Below are positions 1 through 11,789 of a DNA stretch of 64,000 nucleotides, piece by piece. The stretch's first letter is position 1. The number at the start of each line of letters is the position of its first letter. The translations under genes and the position numbers were made by a program. The stretch comes from Podarcis cretensis (lineage: Eukaryota). The notes under the pieces were generated by a model that saw nothing but the letters and a program-made list of their open reading frames with translations, ran no database searches and had not been told where the DNA came from. The DNA lies in contig OX638158.1 in the NCBI GenBank assembly GCA_951804945.1, forward strand, positions 19,220,001 through 19,284,000. Reading direction: 5' to 3'.

Positions 1-863
1 TAAGGGTTAAGGCAATAAATTTTGGGGAGAGCTAATGGGAAAAGCAGCTGGCTGGGAAAGGGGGGTGTAATTTGAAGAGGCTTTTTTTTAAAGCTGTTTT
101 TTTACTGAGTTCCTTTTACTTTGCAAATGCCTTTTTCTTCTAAAAAGCTATCTATGTATGAGATTTGTTGGCTTAATGTAACTAGGCAAAGGATTTAGAA
201 AGTAAGAAATGTTAGATTCTTATGTTAGATTCTTATTTCATTGATGGTGTGTGAGAATGTGAACCCAAGATCTATGTTTAGATAGAATCTAATACCACGA
301 GCCATTTGTTTTAGCCATTTGTTTTGGAATGCAGGGGCAACAGGGGCAAAAGGTGATCTGGTAATTAAGGTGCCTTGTTGAGGCAAATGTAAGATATATG
401 GCTATTTGTCTGCCATTTGTGGATAGAAGGAAATATAGCTCTTTGTCTCCCATAAAAGGTAATAGGAAATGGGTGTATCTTTTATGATTGGTTCTAGCAA
501 ATAGCCAATAGGAATTTCAACCAGGCTGATTGGACAGAGGCAGCCAAAGGAGGAGCAAGGGGGCTGGGTTAAGGAAAATATAAGTGCTGGCCATCAGGGC
601 TAGAGGGGGCAGAGCTTTGGTAACCATATACCACTGTGCCTATCATTTATTTGTCTGACAAATTATTATTTTAATTTCTCTATTGCTGCGTTGAATATTT
701 CATTCCAGCTAAGCGTTAACCACAAGAAGGGTGCTACAATGATTCTTGGTCTGAGACAGTGCCTGGAAGCCATGTTGCAAGTAGATGTCGCTTCTGCAAT
801 AATTTAATGAGATTAAGACTGACCAAGAAGAATTTTTGTCACTTTTGTCCTTTCTACTTTCAG

Positions 864-957
864 GTTTGCTACATTGAAGGACACAGAGTCATCAGTCTGG
901 CCAATGAAATGTTTGGCTACAATGGCTGGGCTCATTCTGTCACTCAGCAGAATGTCG
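864..957 (+). CDS. RAD52: RAD52 coding exon (approx. exon 4), N-terminal ssDNA-binding/annealing domain
   Basis: tttcag|GTT...GTC G|gtgaga; 94 bp; encodes [31 protein letters not shown], the hallmark Rad52 motif. Confidence 0.97.
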
Positions 958-2459
958 GTGAGAACCAATTTTAAGCTTCTTCCAGCTGCTTCATGCAAAA
1001 GACTATCCTAAGAAGAGTGAAACAATAAGAGGTTGGGTGCAAATAATGGCATTGTTCTACTTAAGGAAGTTTTTGATCCAGCAGCAGCTTTCATGAATAG
1101 AAAGTGAAGAAAACAATGGTTTTCCCCCGATTCCTCCTTCGGCTCCTGCTTTCCTCAAAAACCTGCTCTAGAGGAGTGGGGTACCCCCCCCCTCCAAGAG
1201 TTATGTAGGAAGTAGCATGGAAAGCATAAATGAGAACTGGTGAGAACCTTGTGCCCTGCCCCATTCATTCATGGAATCTTCTGCTAGTATTCAGAGTTTT
1301 CCATGAACAGAGCACCTCTGCTAGATGCAACACAATATGATTATGAGTTTCCAGATCTTGAGAAAAGGTGCTTCTCACATGCCACCTGGAAGCAGAATTT
1401 TCCATGGCAGTTGGGGGGGGGGCACAGCATGAGTTGGCATGGGGTAACCTTGACAACATATTGAAGTGGTTTTTCCCTAAATTTCAGAATTCAGTGTATT
1501 GTCAGTTACACAATGAATACATATAGAAAAAAGAATCCTTGCCCTAGCAGTTAACAGTTTTCATTAAATAAATAAATAAAATTAACTGAAAACTACAGGC
1601 GGGGGAAACGTCTCCCAAAATTATGGCTGCAGCTGTCTCATCCTCAAAAGATCTGTTGTGTTTGTGGCCTAGCAACAGGAGGTTGAACGGAAAAGGCAGA
1701 TGGGAGACACTTAAGTCTTTCAGCTCAGTAACAACAACTGGAAGAATAGAACCCCCATCTCAAAAACTTCACCTAGATCACCTTAAGGATCTGAAATGAT
1801 ATTAGGTAACAAAAACTACAGAGCTGTCAGAAAGGCAAAAGGGAGCGAAAGCACAATATTGTAAGCTATAAGTTATACTTCATTATAACCTTGCCTTCTG
1901 TAGGGATAGATTTTCCCATAAAAAGTATTTCGGAAAAAGATCCAGTCTGTACTTTCATATTTTGAAACCTATTGTCATCCCTGACATTACTCTTACCTGC
2001 TTTGCTAAAGAATATCTCACTTTTTCATTCCATTGCATACAAAACCTTAATCCCCTCCTAGAAATTGGTAGCATTCTGTGCATTAAAAAAATAAAATATC
2101 CTGGAGAATACTCTGAACCTATATATGTTTAATTATCAATTCTCAGCACATATTCAGTTCGTCAAGAGGATAGAGTCATAGAGATTTACAAAATAAAGAC
2201 CAGTTCCTAGGGAGGCTGATTCTGTCATCTTGAATGTGATTCAGATTATCAGAAGCTGAAATTCCTCATAGAATATTACTACTAATGAAATTGTTTGATT
2301 TAAAAATATTTTTAAAAGCTGATGGGAAACGTTATGACTTGATTAAGGCAGCCTAAAACTGCATTACTATTTTCTGCTGCATTACTATTACAGTACGTGC
2401 TGACTCAATGTGACTCTCTGTCCATTTGGGGTTTTTTGTTTCCCCCACCCTCCCCCAAA

Positions 2460-2880
2460 TGCAGGACTTAGCATTTGCCTCTGTTGAATTTCATCTTGTA
2501 AGAATGGGGAGCTAGGCCAAAGCTACCAAGTTCATTCTGAATTTTACTCCTGTTTGCTAAGGCATTAGTGATCTATCTCAGCTTTGTGTCTTCTACAAAT
2601 AGGTTAGCATTCCCTCCACACCTTCATTTAAATCATTGATCAGATGTTGAAGAGTCCCAGAGCCCTACATCACCTCACTCAAATCATTCATCCAGTTTGA
2701 TGAGAAGCCATTGATACCCTTCTGAGTATGGCTTCCAACCAGCTCTGAATCCAGCATTATTTATCAGTACACATTCAACGAGTCTGCTAATAAAACATCA
2801 TGATAAGCTTTGTCAAACGCTTTGCTGAAATAAAAAGAAATGGGGTCCACAGCATTCCCACAGTTCATTAAGGTCAATAA
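2460..2880 (-). mobile_element. Degenerate CR1-type LINE reverse-transcriptase fragment
   Basis: The - strand reads F-S-K-A-F-D-K at about 2811-2831, a non-LTR RT motif; no intact ORF. Confidence 0.65.
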
Positions 2881-3186
2881 TGCAGTAATGTCTTAAGGGT
2901 AATTTTCGGGTCCATGTACTCTTTTATCTGAACATTATCCTCAAAAACCTCTAGTTCAGAAACCAACGTTCTGCTTGGGAAATGTCTCTGTATCCTTTCT
3001 GGTTAATTTCTTTGACAAACATTTGCATCCATGCCAATAGTGTTGTGACCATATTCTAAATTCCCTATATTTTACATCTCTTTATGACTGCCTAGCTACC
3101 AGTGCACAGTAATGATAGGCAGACCAATCATCCGGCTCCATATGTTAGAGTAAATGTTTTTGTTTTTTTGTTTCTGCTCTTCACAG

Positions 3187-3254
3187 ATTTTGTGGATCTT
3201 AATAATGGCAAGTTCTATGTGGGGGTCTGTGCCTTTGTGAAAGTCCAACTTAAG
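3187..3254 (+). CDS. RAD52: RAD52 coding exon (approx. exon 5)
   Basis: tcacag|AT...AAG|gtaaat; 68 bp; [23 protein letters not shown]; phase matches the previous exon. Confidence 0.97.
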
Positions 3255-3720
3255 GTAAATGGGGTCAGGAGATATGTTGGTGGTGCTGGTTCTTCAGAGC
3301 CATGAAAGTAAAGTGAACAGTATGCAAAAGGCACATAACAATATGACTGTTGTTGTTACTTCCTGTCGAACAAAAATGCATATTTATTAGACCCGTTACT
3401 GGTCAAAACACACACCTGTTTTTTAAGATGAAATAAAATACCGTAGGAAAAAATCCTGACTTACGCATTTGCTTTTAAACAGTGACAAGTCTTAAACTGC
3501 AATGCATGTATCCAAATGCTATTGGTTTCCATTTTTTAGGCTGTATCTGGCAGAAGATTGGAATACTTTGAACTAGCATAATATTTCAGGTTTGATTGAC
3601 ACTTGAGTCCCTGTAGACTCCAGAAAAACTGAATGTACTGCAGGCACCAAGGTTCATTAGGATGACTATAGTCAAACCCAAATGGCCATTTTGTTTTTCT
3701 TGCGTATTCTTAAATTGCAG

Positions 3721-3839
3721 GATGGCTCATACCATGAAGATGTTGGCTATGGAGTAAGTGAAGGCTTGAAGTCTAAGGCCTTGTCCCTAGAAAAAGCAAG
3801 GAAGGAAGCTGTTACAGATGGACTGAAGAGGGCACTGAA
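3721..3839 (+). CDS. RAD52: RAD52 coding exon (approx. exon 6)
   Basis: ttgcag|GAT...AA|gtaagt; 119 bp; [39 protein letters not shown]; not in the ORF track. Confidence 0.97.
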
Positions 3840-3935
3840 GTAAGTGGCAATCAACAAGAAGACATTTTGCTAGCCGAAAACAATGAAAAAGGGGAACTGT
3901 GTTCTAAAAGACGACTAACTCTCGTCCTTTCTCAG

Positions 3936-4011
3936 GTGCTTTGGTAATGCTCTTGGGAATTGCATCCTGGACAAAGACTACTTGCGATCAGTGAATAAGC
4001 TTCCTCGCCAG
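3936..4011 (+). CDS. RAD52: RAD52 coding exon (approx. exon 7)
   Basis: ctcag|G TGC...CAG|gtgtgt; 76 bp; (K)[25 protein letters not shown]; follows a 96-bp intron. Confidence 0.96.
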
Positions 4012-5388
4012 GTGTGTTACTTGGGACTTCCAAAAACTAGAATTCTGCAGTAAAAATGCCAAATTTTGCTTTGAGTATAGATGATACAGACAAGAAAGGC
4101 TCCATTCTTTATTCTGCCATGCAACAGTACATTCTTCTTGAATAGGTAATTTCATTGCCTGGATATTCCAGCTGAAAATTCTTCTGATTATTTTCTGACG
4201 CATCATATCTCTACTGTGTGTGTCTTTGCTTACACTTTTTCTGTTTCAAAAAACTCAGTAATTTTTCGTGTGTGTGTTTTCACTTTCCAGTCAAGAGCTG
4301 TTCAGGAGCAAGCAGAAAATTATAGTACCTTCCAATGAACACTGAAAATCAGAGCTTACTATGTTGTTCTTTTTTTATATAGGACAGTCCAGCCCTCATC
4401 TTGTAATTCTTATTGCACCATTTCTCCCCTCACAGTGATCTCTTTCTAAAGTAACTAGCTTGTCTTGCAGAATTGTTACATTATTTTCTGAGCAGATTCC
4501 TGGGGATTCGTTATTTTTAATAGTGAAATGCCAAAATGCATTTTTCTTAGGATGCCCTTAAGCCTGTTTTCACAAGGATGAATGGCCAACGAATGAATCC
4601 GAGCCCTGTTTGGGCTGGAGATAGAGGGGGCTTGGATTGGTTTGCAGATGCAGTAGTAGCCCTACCAGTCTATAAAGCCTTACTGGTTTGGATTGCTCTC
4701 TAAACCATTCAATTAAATCTGTCTTAGGTGTTATATCCTTTTTTCCTCTTTCCTCAAAACAGCTTCATCTCCAGTCAGCATTACTAACTGGGCTCTTCTA
4801 CAACCACCCCACCCCAGTGAATCATCATTTAAGCTTCTGCATTCTGGTTGACCCATCCTTCACACATCTACAGTATTCCTTGCTGACTGCAGCCCATAGT
4901 GTGTGTCACCTAAATTGGCATTCCATCAAAGAAGGCAGAGTATGCTCTTGGCTGTGATGGATTGAAAGCTGCAGATAGGCTGAAATTGTCGTGTTTACTG
5001 ATTTCTACAGCATTCCCAGGCTGTTAATCTGCAGTTTTCTTCATTTGTTCTTTCTACATCTGTTTTAAAATAACTCCTAGGTTGCTTTAAGAAGGGGGGG
5101 AAATCAACATCACAGAGAATTGCAAGGAAACAAAGCTGATCCACAAAGTACATGTTGACAGAGTTGGTGTTGGTTACTAAACATGACAAATCTCCACTAA
5201 GTTAGAGAAATAACCACATTGGTTGAGTTCACAGCACCAGGCTGAAACTTGGTTGTGAACAGGCAAAGTGTTCCAGGAAAGCAATTTTGTCTCCTGGGCA
5301 ACATGACAGATGAGTCTGTGAAATGTTTCCATTACATTCTGAAGTTTTGTAGCTACTGAAAGGCTGTTTGTTTTATTCCTATTACTAG

Positions 5389-5576
5389 ATGCCCCCAGAT
5401 TTTGATTTGAGCAATGCTAAAAGACAGGATTTTGAGCCTGCTATAGAAAAGGCAAGATACAATAGCTGCTTGAAGAAGACAAGCGAAGACCACCAGCAGT
5501 TTTCTACAGCGACTCCTGTCAAAACTGAGCAGTTGGAGTCTTCTTTGAGTACTTCTGAACAAGATCAGCAAAGCAG
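5389..5576 (+). CDS. RAD52: RAD52 coding exon (approx. exon 8)
   Basis: tactag|ATG...AG|gttgga; 188 bp; MPPDFDLSNAKRQDFEPAIEKARYNSC...; the donor is weak but phase 2 fits the next exon. Confidence 0.88.
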
Positions 5577-5612
5577 GTTGGAGATCTAATACACTAGATA
5601 CGTAAGCTTATA

Positions 5613-5809
5613 CAGTAAGCCCGCAACTTATGCACATTTAACTTGTGCCTATTCAGCTTTACTCGCTTGGCAAAAATAAATAAAAGCAATGAAAAAAAGA
5701 GTGGCTGGCTGGTTGGGGCAAAAAAGACTTTGGTAATCCCACCCACTATTTAACACAGTGTGTTTTGACTCCTTGGAACATAACCTCTGCTTAAATTGCG
5801 AACTTACTG
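5613..5809. mobile_element. Tc1/mariner-type MITE
   Basis: TA flanks; imperfect TIRs CAGTAAGCCCGCAACTTA and CAGTAAGTTCGCAATTTA. Confidence 0.7.
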
Positions 5810-5839
5810 TAGTCCTAATTGCTAATGCTTTGTATATTC

Positions 5840-7110
5840 TAGAGCAAAAAATGGAGAATTTTGCTTACCTTCATGAATTCTAGTTTCTTGCCAGACAGTA
5901 GTCCATAATACTGAGATTCTTTCCTCCCTGTCCACTGGGAGGCAGGCTCTTTTCCCTAGAAGAACACATTTGGTAGGGCTAAGAAATGCTTCCCACTTCC
6001 TTCCTCAAACCAGACCCTGATAACACAGTGAGAATAAGAGAAGCACATTGGCACCTAACCCATGGCCTAATTTCCATGCCAGAATCCAGACCTGAAGAAA
6101 GCTGGCAAGTAAGGAAAATAATCTTCAATGGAGGTGTGCAATTTTTTTCTGTTCTTCCATCTTGTCACCATCCAGTGGTCTCTACCCCAGGAGCTTAACA
6201 AAGCAGTGCTCTAAATGCCCAGGGAGAGAGAGAGATCAGTATTCTAGCTAGCAGCGTACATTGAAGCACCCTTTGACTAAAGGCTGCATCTACAGATACA
6301 AAAAACTTAAATTCTGTGCAGGGATGAACAGGTGACTTCTCTGTGCAGCACACTGGAGACTTAAATAGCCCATGAAGTAGCATACTCTTTGAAGAAATGC
6401 AACAGGGTACCAGGTCTGTGCAACTATCTTGTGCTCGGGAGCCAAGCCAGCTTCTGTATCCTTGCTCAGGAAATAAAGACCTTGGCTTGTACTGAGTTGA
6501 AGATCACTTCCTGATGTTGCAGTCTGCATTTTAAATGAAGGTGGTCCTTGACACATCAAGGACCTTGGAAGGGAGACAGCCACCAGTTCTTTCTACTTCT
6601 ACCTGCAATTAAACTATTTAGTAGGATTTTGCCAAGGTGGGCTAGGAGGACTCCCCAATGAATGAGGCCTGCTATGAGTATAAGAATGGTTAGTACATGC
6701 AGGTATGTGTTCCTGAGAGCAATGGAAGTAATAAACTTTCCTTCAGATACACAACTGCAAGATTGGCTCAGGGTTCCTTTGAGTACACTCTGCATACCGC
6801 AGGTTTAATCTCAATTCTTCCCTGAACAATTTTTTAAAAGTCGGGGCAGACTATAAACTAGTGTTCATTCACGGAGATGGCAGGAGAAAGACTGGTTTGT
6901 GAGAAGTACCTCCTAGTATAACCTTAGGCCAAGTCTTGTAGGATAAAGTCTTCTTCCTTTATGGATTGCTTTATGGACCACTGGATGCATGCAAGTAGAC
7001 AGAATAGGAAATCTGAGGCAAGAGAAGATCTGTAGTTGAATAAATTATGCAAGTTACATGTGAATGTAGCTACACAGCCCTTGGCTATTGCCATATATGC
7101 TAAAGTGTCG
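5840..7110 (-). mobile_element. Possible degenerate DIRS-like (tyrosine recombinase) retroelement fragment
   Basis: The - strand peptide ...VSVDAAFSQRVLQ recalls DIRS recombinase C-termini; recognised from memory only. Confidence 0.35.
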
Positions 7111-7213
7111 CCCCCCCACCCCACATCCTGGTTATGTTGTCTACTCTGAGCAAGTATGGTTATGAAATGGGGAATTTAGTGGTAACATTCCCTCTTCCTG
7201 TATTCTCTTGTAG

Positions 7214-7347
7214 TGAGGTCTCGCTGTGTGATGCAACATACCACCGGAAGTTGCGGCAGAAACAACTTCAGCAGCAGTTCAGACAGCAGATGCAGAAGAA
7301 ACAGCAAATCCAGTCAACTACTCCAGCTTGTGAACCTAGAGGTCAAG
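7214..7347 (+). CDS. RAD52: RAD52 coding exon (approx. exon 9), RPA-interaction region
   Basis: ttgtag|T...G|gtaaaa; 134 bp; contains ATYHRKLRQKQLQQQFRQQM, including the conserved RQK motif. Confidence 0.92.
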
Positions 7348-8517
7348 GTAAAATGCTAGTTAGAATCTGCATCCGCTGCACTGCAAAGAAGCTCAGAATG
7401 GGCAGATGAAGTACCTAAGTAACAGGGCTAATTCTTCCCTGCCGTGTTAACTGTATCACTGTAAGAGTTGAAAGTGAGATGTAAAACAAGTTTTCCCTGG
7501 ATATGACTCTCTTTAAAGAGGTCAAAATGAGGGCTTAACCCAAACTTTAATCTGCTGCTGCTGCTGCTTTGACTAGCATCTGAGGGGGGTGGGGTGTTAC
7601 ATTTTTGAAACTATCTCATTTGACTGGTTTTTTATCCATTCATTAATTTTCATGTGGTGCTGCATTTTTAGAGATTGAATTTTCCTGGCAAAATAAATGG
7701 CAGCAGAAACTTTTCTGTCCCATGTCGCTGAATGTGTTAAAGAAGATATTTCCTTCCAATGCTGGTGTCAGCTTTTGTTTGTTAAGTAGTTACGTCTCAC
7801 TTCATTTAGCATTGTGAAAATGGCACCTATTATTGAAGGTTTCATAAAATGTAGATATAATTATTTAATCCATCAGTTAACTCAAATCAACAAAAAATTA
7901 TATAATCAGCAGGCAGGCCTAATATATTTTTGAAAAATAGTGCCTTGACCCAACCTATAAAAGTAAGTAGCAATATTAATAAAACCCATTAATAAGGTGA
8001 TTGTCAGATTAAGGACTTGTTTTAATGTTGGTGTTTGTAAGCCCAATTCATCTGTAAGCCCCAACTAAGATGGCAGAACAGTGCAGCAGTCAGATTTGTG
8101 ATAGAGATGGGGAGAGCAGCTGGTATATCAGTCTGGGTCCAGGCTAGGTTAGAGCATATTAATAACAACACCTATCTGTTGTTATTAATAGTTGAAATAA
8201 CCATCTTTCTCCATATTGAGCCAAATTCAGATAAGTTGGCATTCCTTGGATGAAATGGAAATTAATAGCTTATTCATGCTGGGTCATTTAGGCAACTCCT
8301 TTTTTGTCATTATGATGTGGGACAGCTCTTGCGAAGAATATTATTTGTTCCATTATCGATAAAGCCCAAAACCACCACTATCCTGTCTCTTCCCCACCCC
8401 CTATCAGCCTAGGAAGACAGCTTATGCATTATTTCTATGCAAATAGTCTAAATCCAGAGAAATATGTACTCTTCCACTAATCTCAGTAACATTAAGCTTC
8501 TTTTTTATCTTGTCCAG

Positions 8518-8595
8518 AAGCATGTGCTCTTCCTGTTATTAAGCACAGCACTTCAGCACAGCTGGAACCAGCTGTGGAAGAGGAGTTCCTTGCAG
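8518..8595 (+). CDS. RAD52: RAD52 coding exon (approx. exon 10)
   Basis: gtccag|AA...G|gtgggt; 78 bp, phase 1-1; EACALPVIKHSTSAQLEPAVEEEFLA. Confidence 0.8.
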
Positions 8596-8677
8596 GTGGG
8601 TGAGGGTTGTTGGTATTTTCAGGTATTTTATACCATCTTTTCAGGGAAACATGCTATTAATGTGGGTCACAAATAAG

Positions 8678-8898
8678 AATCTCAGGATCGTGGGTTCGAG
8701 TCCCATTCCTGCATTGTCAGGAGTTGGACTAGATGACCCTTGTGGTCCCTTCCAACTCTCTGATTCAGGGGTACCTACCGACATAGCTCAGTTGGTAGAG
8801 CATGAGACGCTTAATATCAGGGTCATGGGTTTGAGCACCACATTGGGCAAAAGATTCCTGCATTGTCAGGGGTTGGACTAGATGACCCTTGTGGTCCC
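8678..8898 (+). mobile_element. Tandem pair of tRNA-Lys(CUU)-headed SINEs with a CR1-like tail
   Basis: 8778-8849 resembles tRNA-Lys(CUU) (tagctcagttggtagagcatgagac.cttaat.tcagggtc); each unit ends ttcctgcattg...ttggactagatgaccc. Confidence 0.75.
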
Positions 8899-9628
8899 TA
8901 GGATTGTTCAGTTACAACAGCCAAGTCTTTAAAACCTGTTCAAAAGCAGAAAACAAAATGCACCACCTCTGGGGAGGAGATCCATGGGGACGGGTCTGCC
9001 ACTGAAAACCCCCCATCTCTTGTGCCCACCAGACTTGAAGTCCTTACCAGCAGATCTGCAGGAAGAGCCTCTGCAGTTTATCTTACTATCTGGTCCCAAG
9101 TTGTTTACAGCTTTAAACATAATAACCACTTTAGCTCCCCAAATGCTAAAGGAACCAGCTGATATAGTCAGTGTTACATACTCTGATCCATTGGCTCCCA
9201 TGAACAACTGGTAGCCACATTCTGTAAGAACTACAGCTTCCAAAAACAGCCCCACACAGTGTGCATTTTAGTAAGTCTTGCTGTAACTTAATGCCTGTGG
9301 CTGGTTCACATTCTTGCAGCATTTCAGGCAACAGGACACACAAAGAAGAAATGTGCATCCTTTTTCTAGATTCTCCTTCCTCCATAACACCATCTGAGAG
9401 GAGAAACGGATGGAGGCCCTTTGTAAGGCAAAATCAGTGGACGCAAGCACACCCACCCACACACCCCGGTGTGTTCCTATGTCATTGCAAAACCCAAGCT
9501 TGGGATTTTGTGTTTGCTGACACAATGTCTAGTTCCACCCCATTACAGTTTTAATCCAGTCGCAGTCAAGACGTGGAATGGAATGGTCAGCAGCTGACCC
9601 TTCACTGTTAATGTTCAATTTCTTCCAG

Positions 9629-9838
9629 ATGACCCTGAGCTTTGGGACTTACCTTTGGAGGCCACAGACCTTAGTGTTACCAGTCACAGCACGGCAGCTG
9701 GGCCAGCCCAAAACCCAGGCACACCTTGTGGGCAGTATGACATTATGACACGCAGCAGAACGCCACAAAAGATAAATAACCAGAGGCCCTATGCAAAACC
9801 ACAGCATCCCTCTACCAGTCCTCGACCTCACATACCAG
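9629..9838 (+). CDS. RAD52: RAD52 coding exon (approx. exon 11)
   Basis: ttccag|AT GAC...G|gtaagt; 210 bp; DDPELWDLPLEATD...MTRSRTPQ...PRPHIP. Confidence 0.88.
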
Positions 9839-10238
9839 GTAAGTTTAAGAGGTGGAGAAGCAAATGTAGACAGCAGCAGAAACTGGGTAATATAGGGTGG
9901 TGGTTTGTCAACAATGGGGCAAGCATGTATATCTATTTTAGCTTAGCACACTCAAATTGCAAATCATCTACGCTACCTCTGAATCTTGCGGTGCCCAGCA
10001 ACGAGCGGTGAAAGATTTCTTGCTACTTTTTTGGTGCTTTCGGTCTCAAAGCCTCCTCCAAGATTGCTGCAACTTGCGTCGAAGTAAAGGTGTTTTATGA
10101 TGCAGTTCTAAGTTCAGGCTTTGCAAACTGTTCGGAGAAATGGTCTCTTGAAGAGAGAGAACAAAAGTAGGTAATATCTCAGTTGTGTAAGAGACTTGTA
10201 AAGAAAGTTCTCCTACATACAATTGTTTCCTGTTTTAG

Positions 10239-10300
10239 CTGAGTGCAGCCCATACAGGAGGAGCCAAGGGATGAAGAAGAGAAGGCTGGAGCCTGCATAG
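10239..10300 (+). CDS. RAD52: RAD52 last coding exon with a C-terminal basic NLS-like motif
   Basis: ttttag|CT GAG...GCA TAG; AECSPYRRSQGMKKRRLEPA*; resembles the vertebrate RAD52 C-terminus. Confidence 0.9.
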
Positions 10301-10947
10301 CAGAAGATGAATGACTTGACTGTGGTGCTTTATCTGTTCAGGTTTCAGAAGGCAATTTGCACTCTGAAGTTTCAGAATGGAGAATATTCTTCAGACCTTA
10401 CTATATCAAGCACTAAACAGGAAAAAGGTTGTGCTCATGATTTTTCAGAATTTGAAAGTTTTAAACATTGCTTTCCATCAACTGTATCTTCAGAAAAGAA
10501 TACCAGTATTTTTTCCCATTAAGATTAACAGATGTAACTCCATATCCAAATACAAAACATTGCTTTATTCTTAACTCCCTTTATTGTAATAGGAAGTAAT
10601 CCATTTTAACAAGGCTGCATCTTGTAAAGCAAGGCAAACTATTTTTGTACTATTTGCCCTTTCCTAAGGAAAAAAATAGAACCAAAGCTGAAGGAATGTA
10701 ACAGCATTTTTAAAATGTACTCTGAAACAAGTTTCGTGTAACAGTAATAGTAATTTACTTTTGTAGAATGAAAAGTTTTTTAAGGCTAGGATGCCAGTGT
10801 GCTAATTATGCAATGTGAATCCTGCTTATTAAAGTGGTTAAATTAAAGCTTTTCATTCAGAAAAGCTGTGAGATTTGATGTCCCACTATATGAAGACTGG
10901 AGCCAGCCACACATACACATTTATCATTTTTCCCTTGTTCTCTTTCA

Positions 10948-10953
10948 AATAAA
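10948..10953 (+). terminator. Candidate RAD52 poly(A) signal (alternatives: ATTAAA near 10828/10842, AATAAA 11480-11485)
   Basis: First AATAAA I found downstream of the RAD52 stop. Confidence 0.45.
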
Positions 10954-11789
10954 GAAATATGTTGGAGGCTAATAGTTGGACACGAAGCTTACTAAAGAGG
11001 TTCGGAATTGATATACAAGCGACGGCCATTTTGCATGCATCCAATTGATGTGTGACCGCTAACGCCTGGGTCCTTTTGGACCCGGAATGGGGCGGCCTAT
11101 GAATGTTCTGCTGGTGCTTGTGCAAAATGGTTCTGCCTGGGTTGAATCTTCCTCCTTAGAACCAGTGAAGAGTATAGGAAAGATGCTGTATTTTGGCATA
11201 TAGAGTTTATAAGTTATATATGTGGCTGGAGGACTTTTCTGGGTAATTAGGACTATCCTTTTTTCTGCAGTGTGTTTTGGTAAAAGCAAATTATTTAAAT
11301 TTAATGAGGCAAGGCCAACAAAACACTTAATGGGTCAACATCAACAATCTTAGGTGGTTTACTGGCACGACCTTACAGTGTAAATTGATTATTACCAAAT
11401 TGCCCATTTTAGATTTCTATTATGGAAGTGTTATCTGTGGAAAGATCTTTTCAAAAAGTATAAGTCTCAGAAACCAAATAATAAATTTTCAAGTGTTATT
11501 TAAATATTTGTTTGAAGGCACCTGCACTCCTTCAAACTCAAATGACTGTTAACAATAATGCTAGTGGGAGTAACAAGAGCTCACTAACAATTGTTAAGCT
11601 TCGGGCACAGGAGGAACCAAGGCCATTCGAAAATGAAAAACCACAGCTCAACAAAAGCAGGTTTGGTTTATTTGAATGATTTCATTAAATATCTACAAAG
11701 AAGGTAACAAACTGCAGCACAAAGCGCAATCATACAGGAAGCGCAATGCCTGGATTTAGTGCAAAACATACCATTAACTACGGCCAGGG

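Noticed and set aside
480-720. Promoter/LTR-like cluster (CCAAT, ATTGG, TATA-like)
   Set aside because: Intronic to RAD52, with no definable termini or TSD; may be a repeat but cannot be supported
8778-8849. Functional tRNA-Lys gene
   Set aside because: Stem and B-box mismatches, fused to a CR1-like tail, no T-run terminator; treated as a SINE head
11068-11083. Histone-type 3' stem-loop
   Set aside because: The 6-bp stem and 4-nt loop fit the size, but the closing pair is C-G rather than U-A and there is no histone gene context
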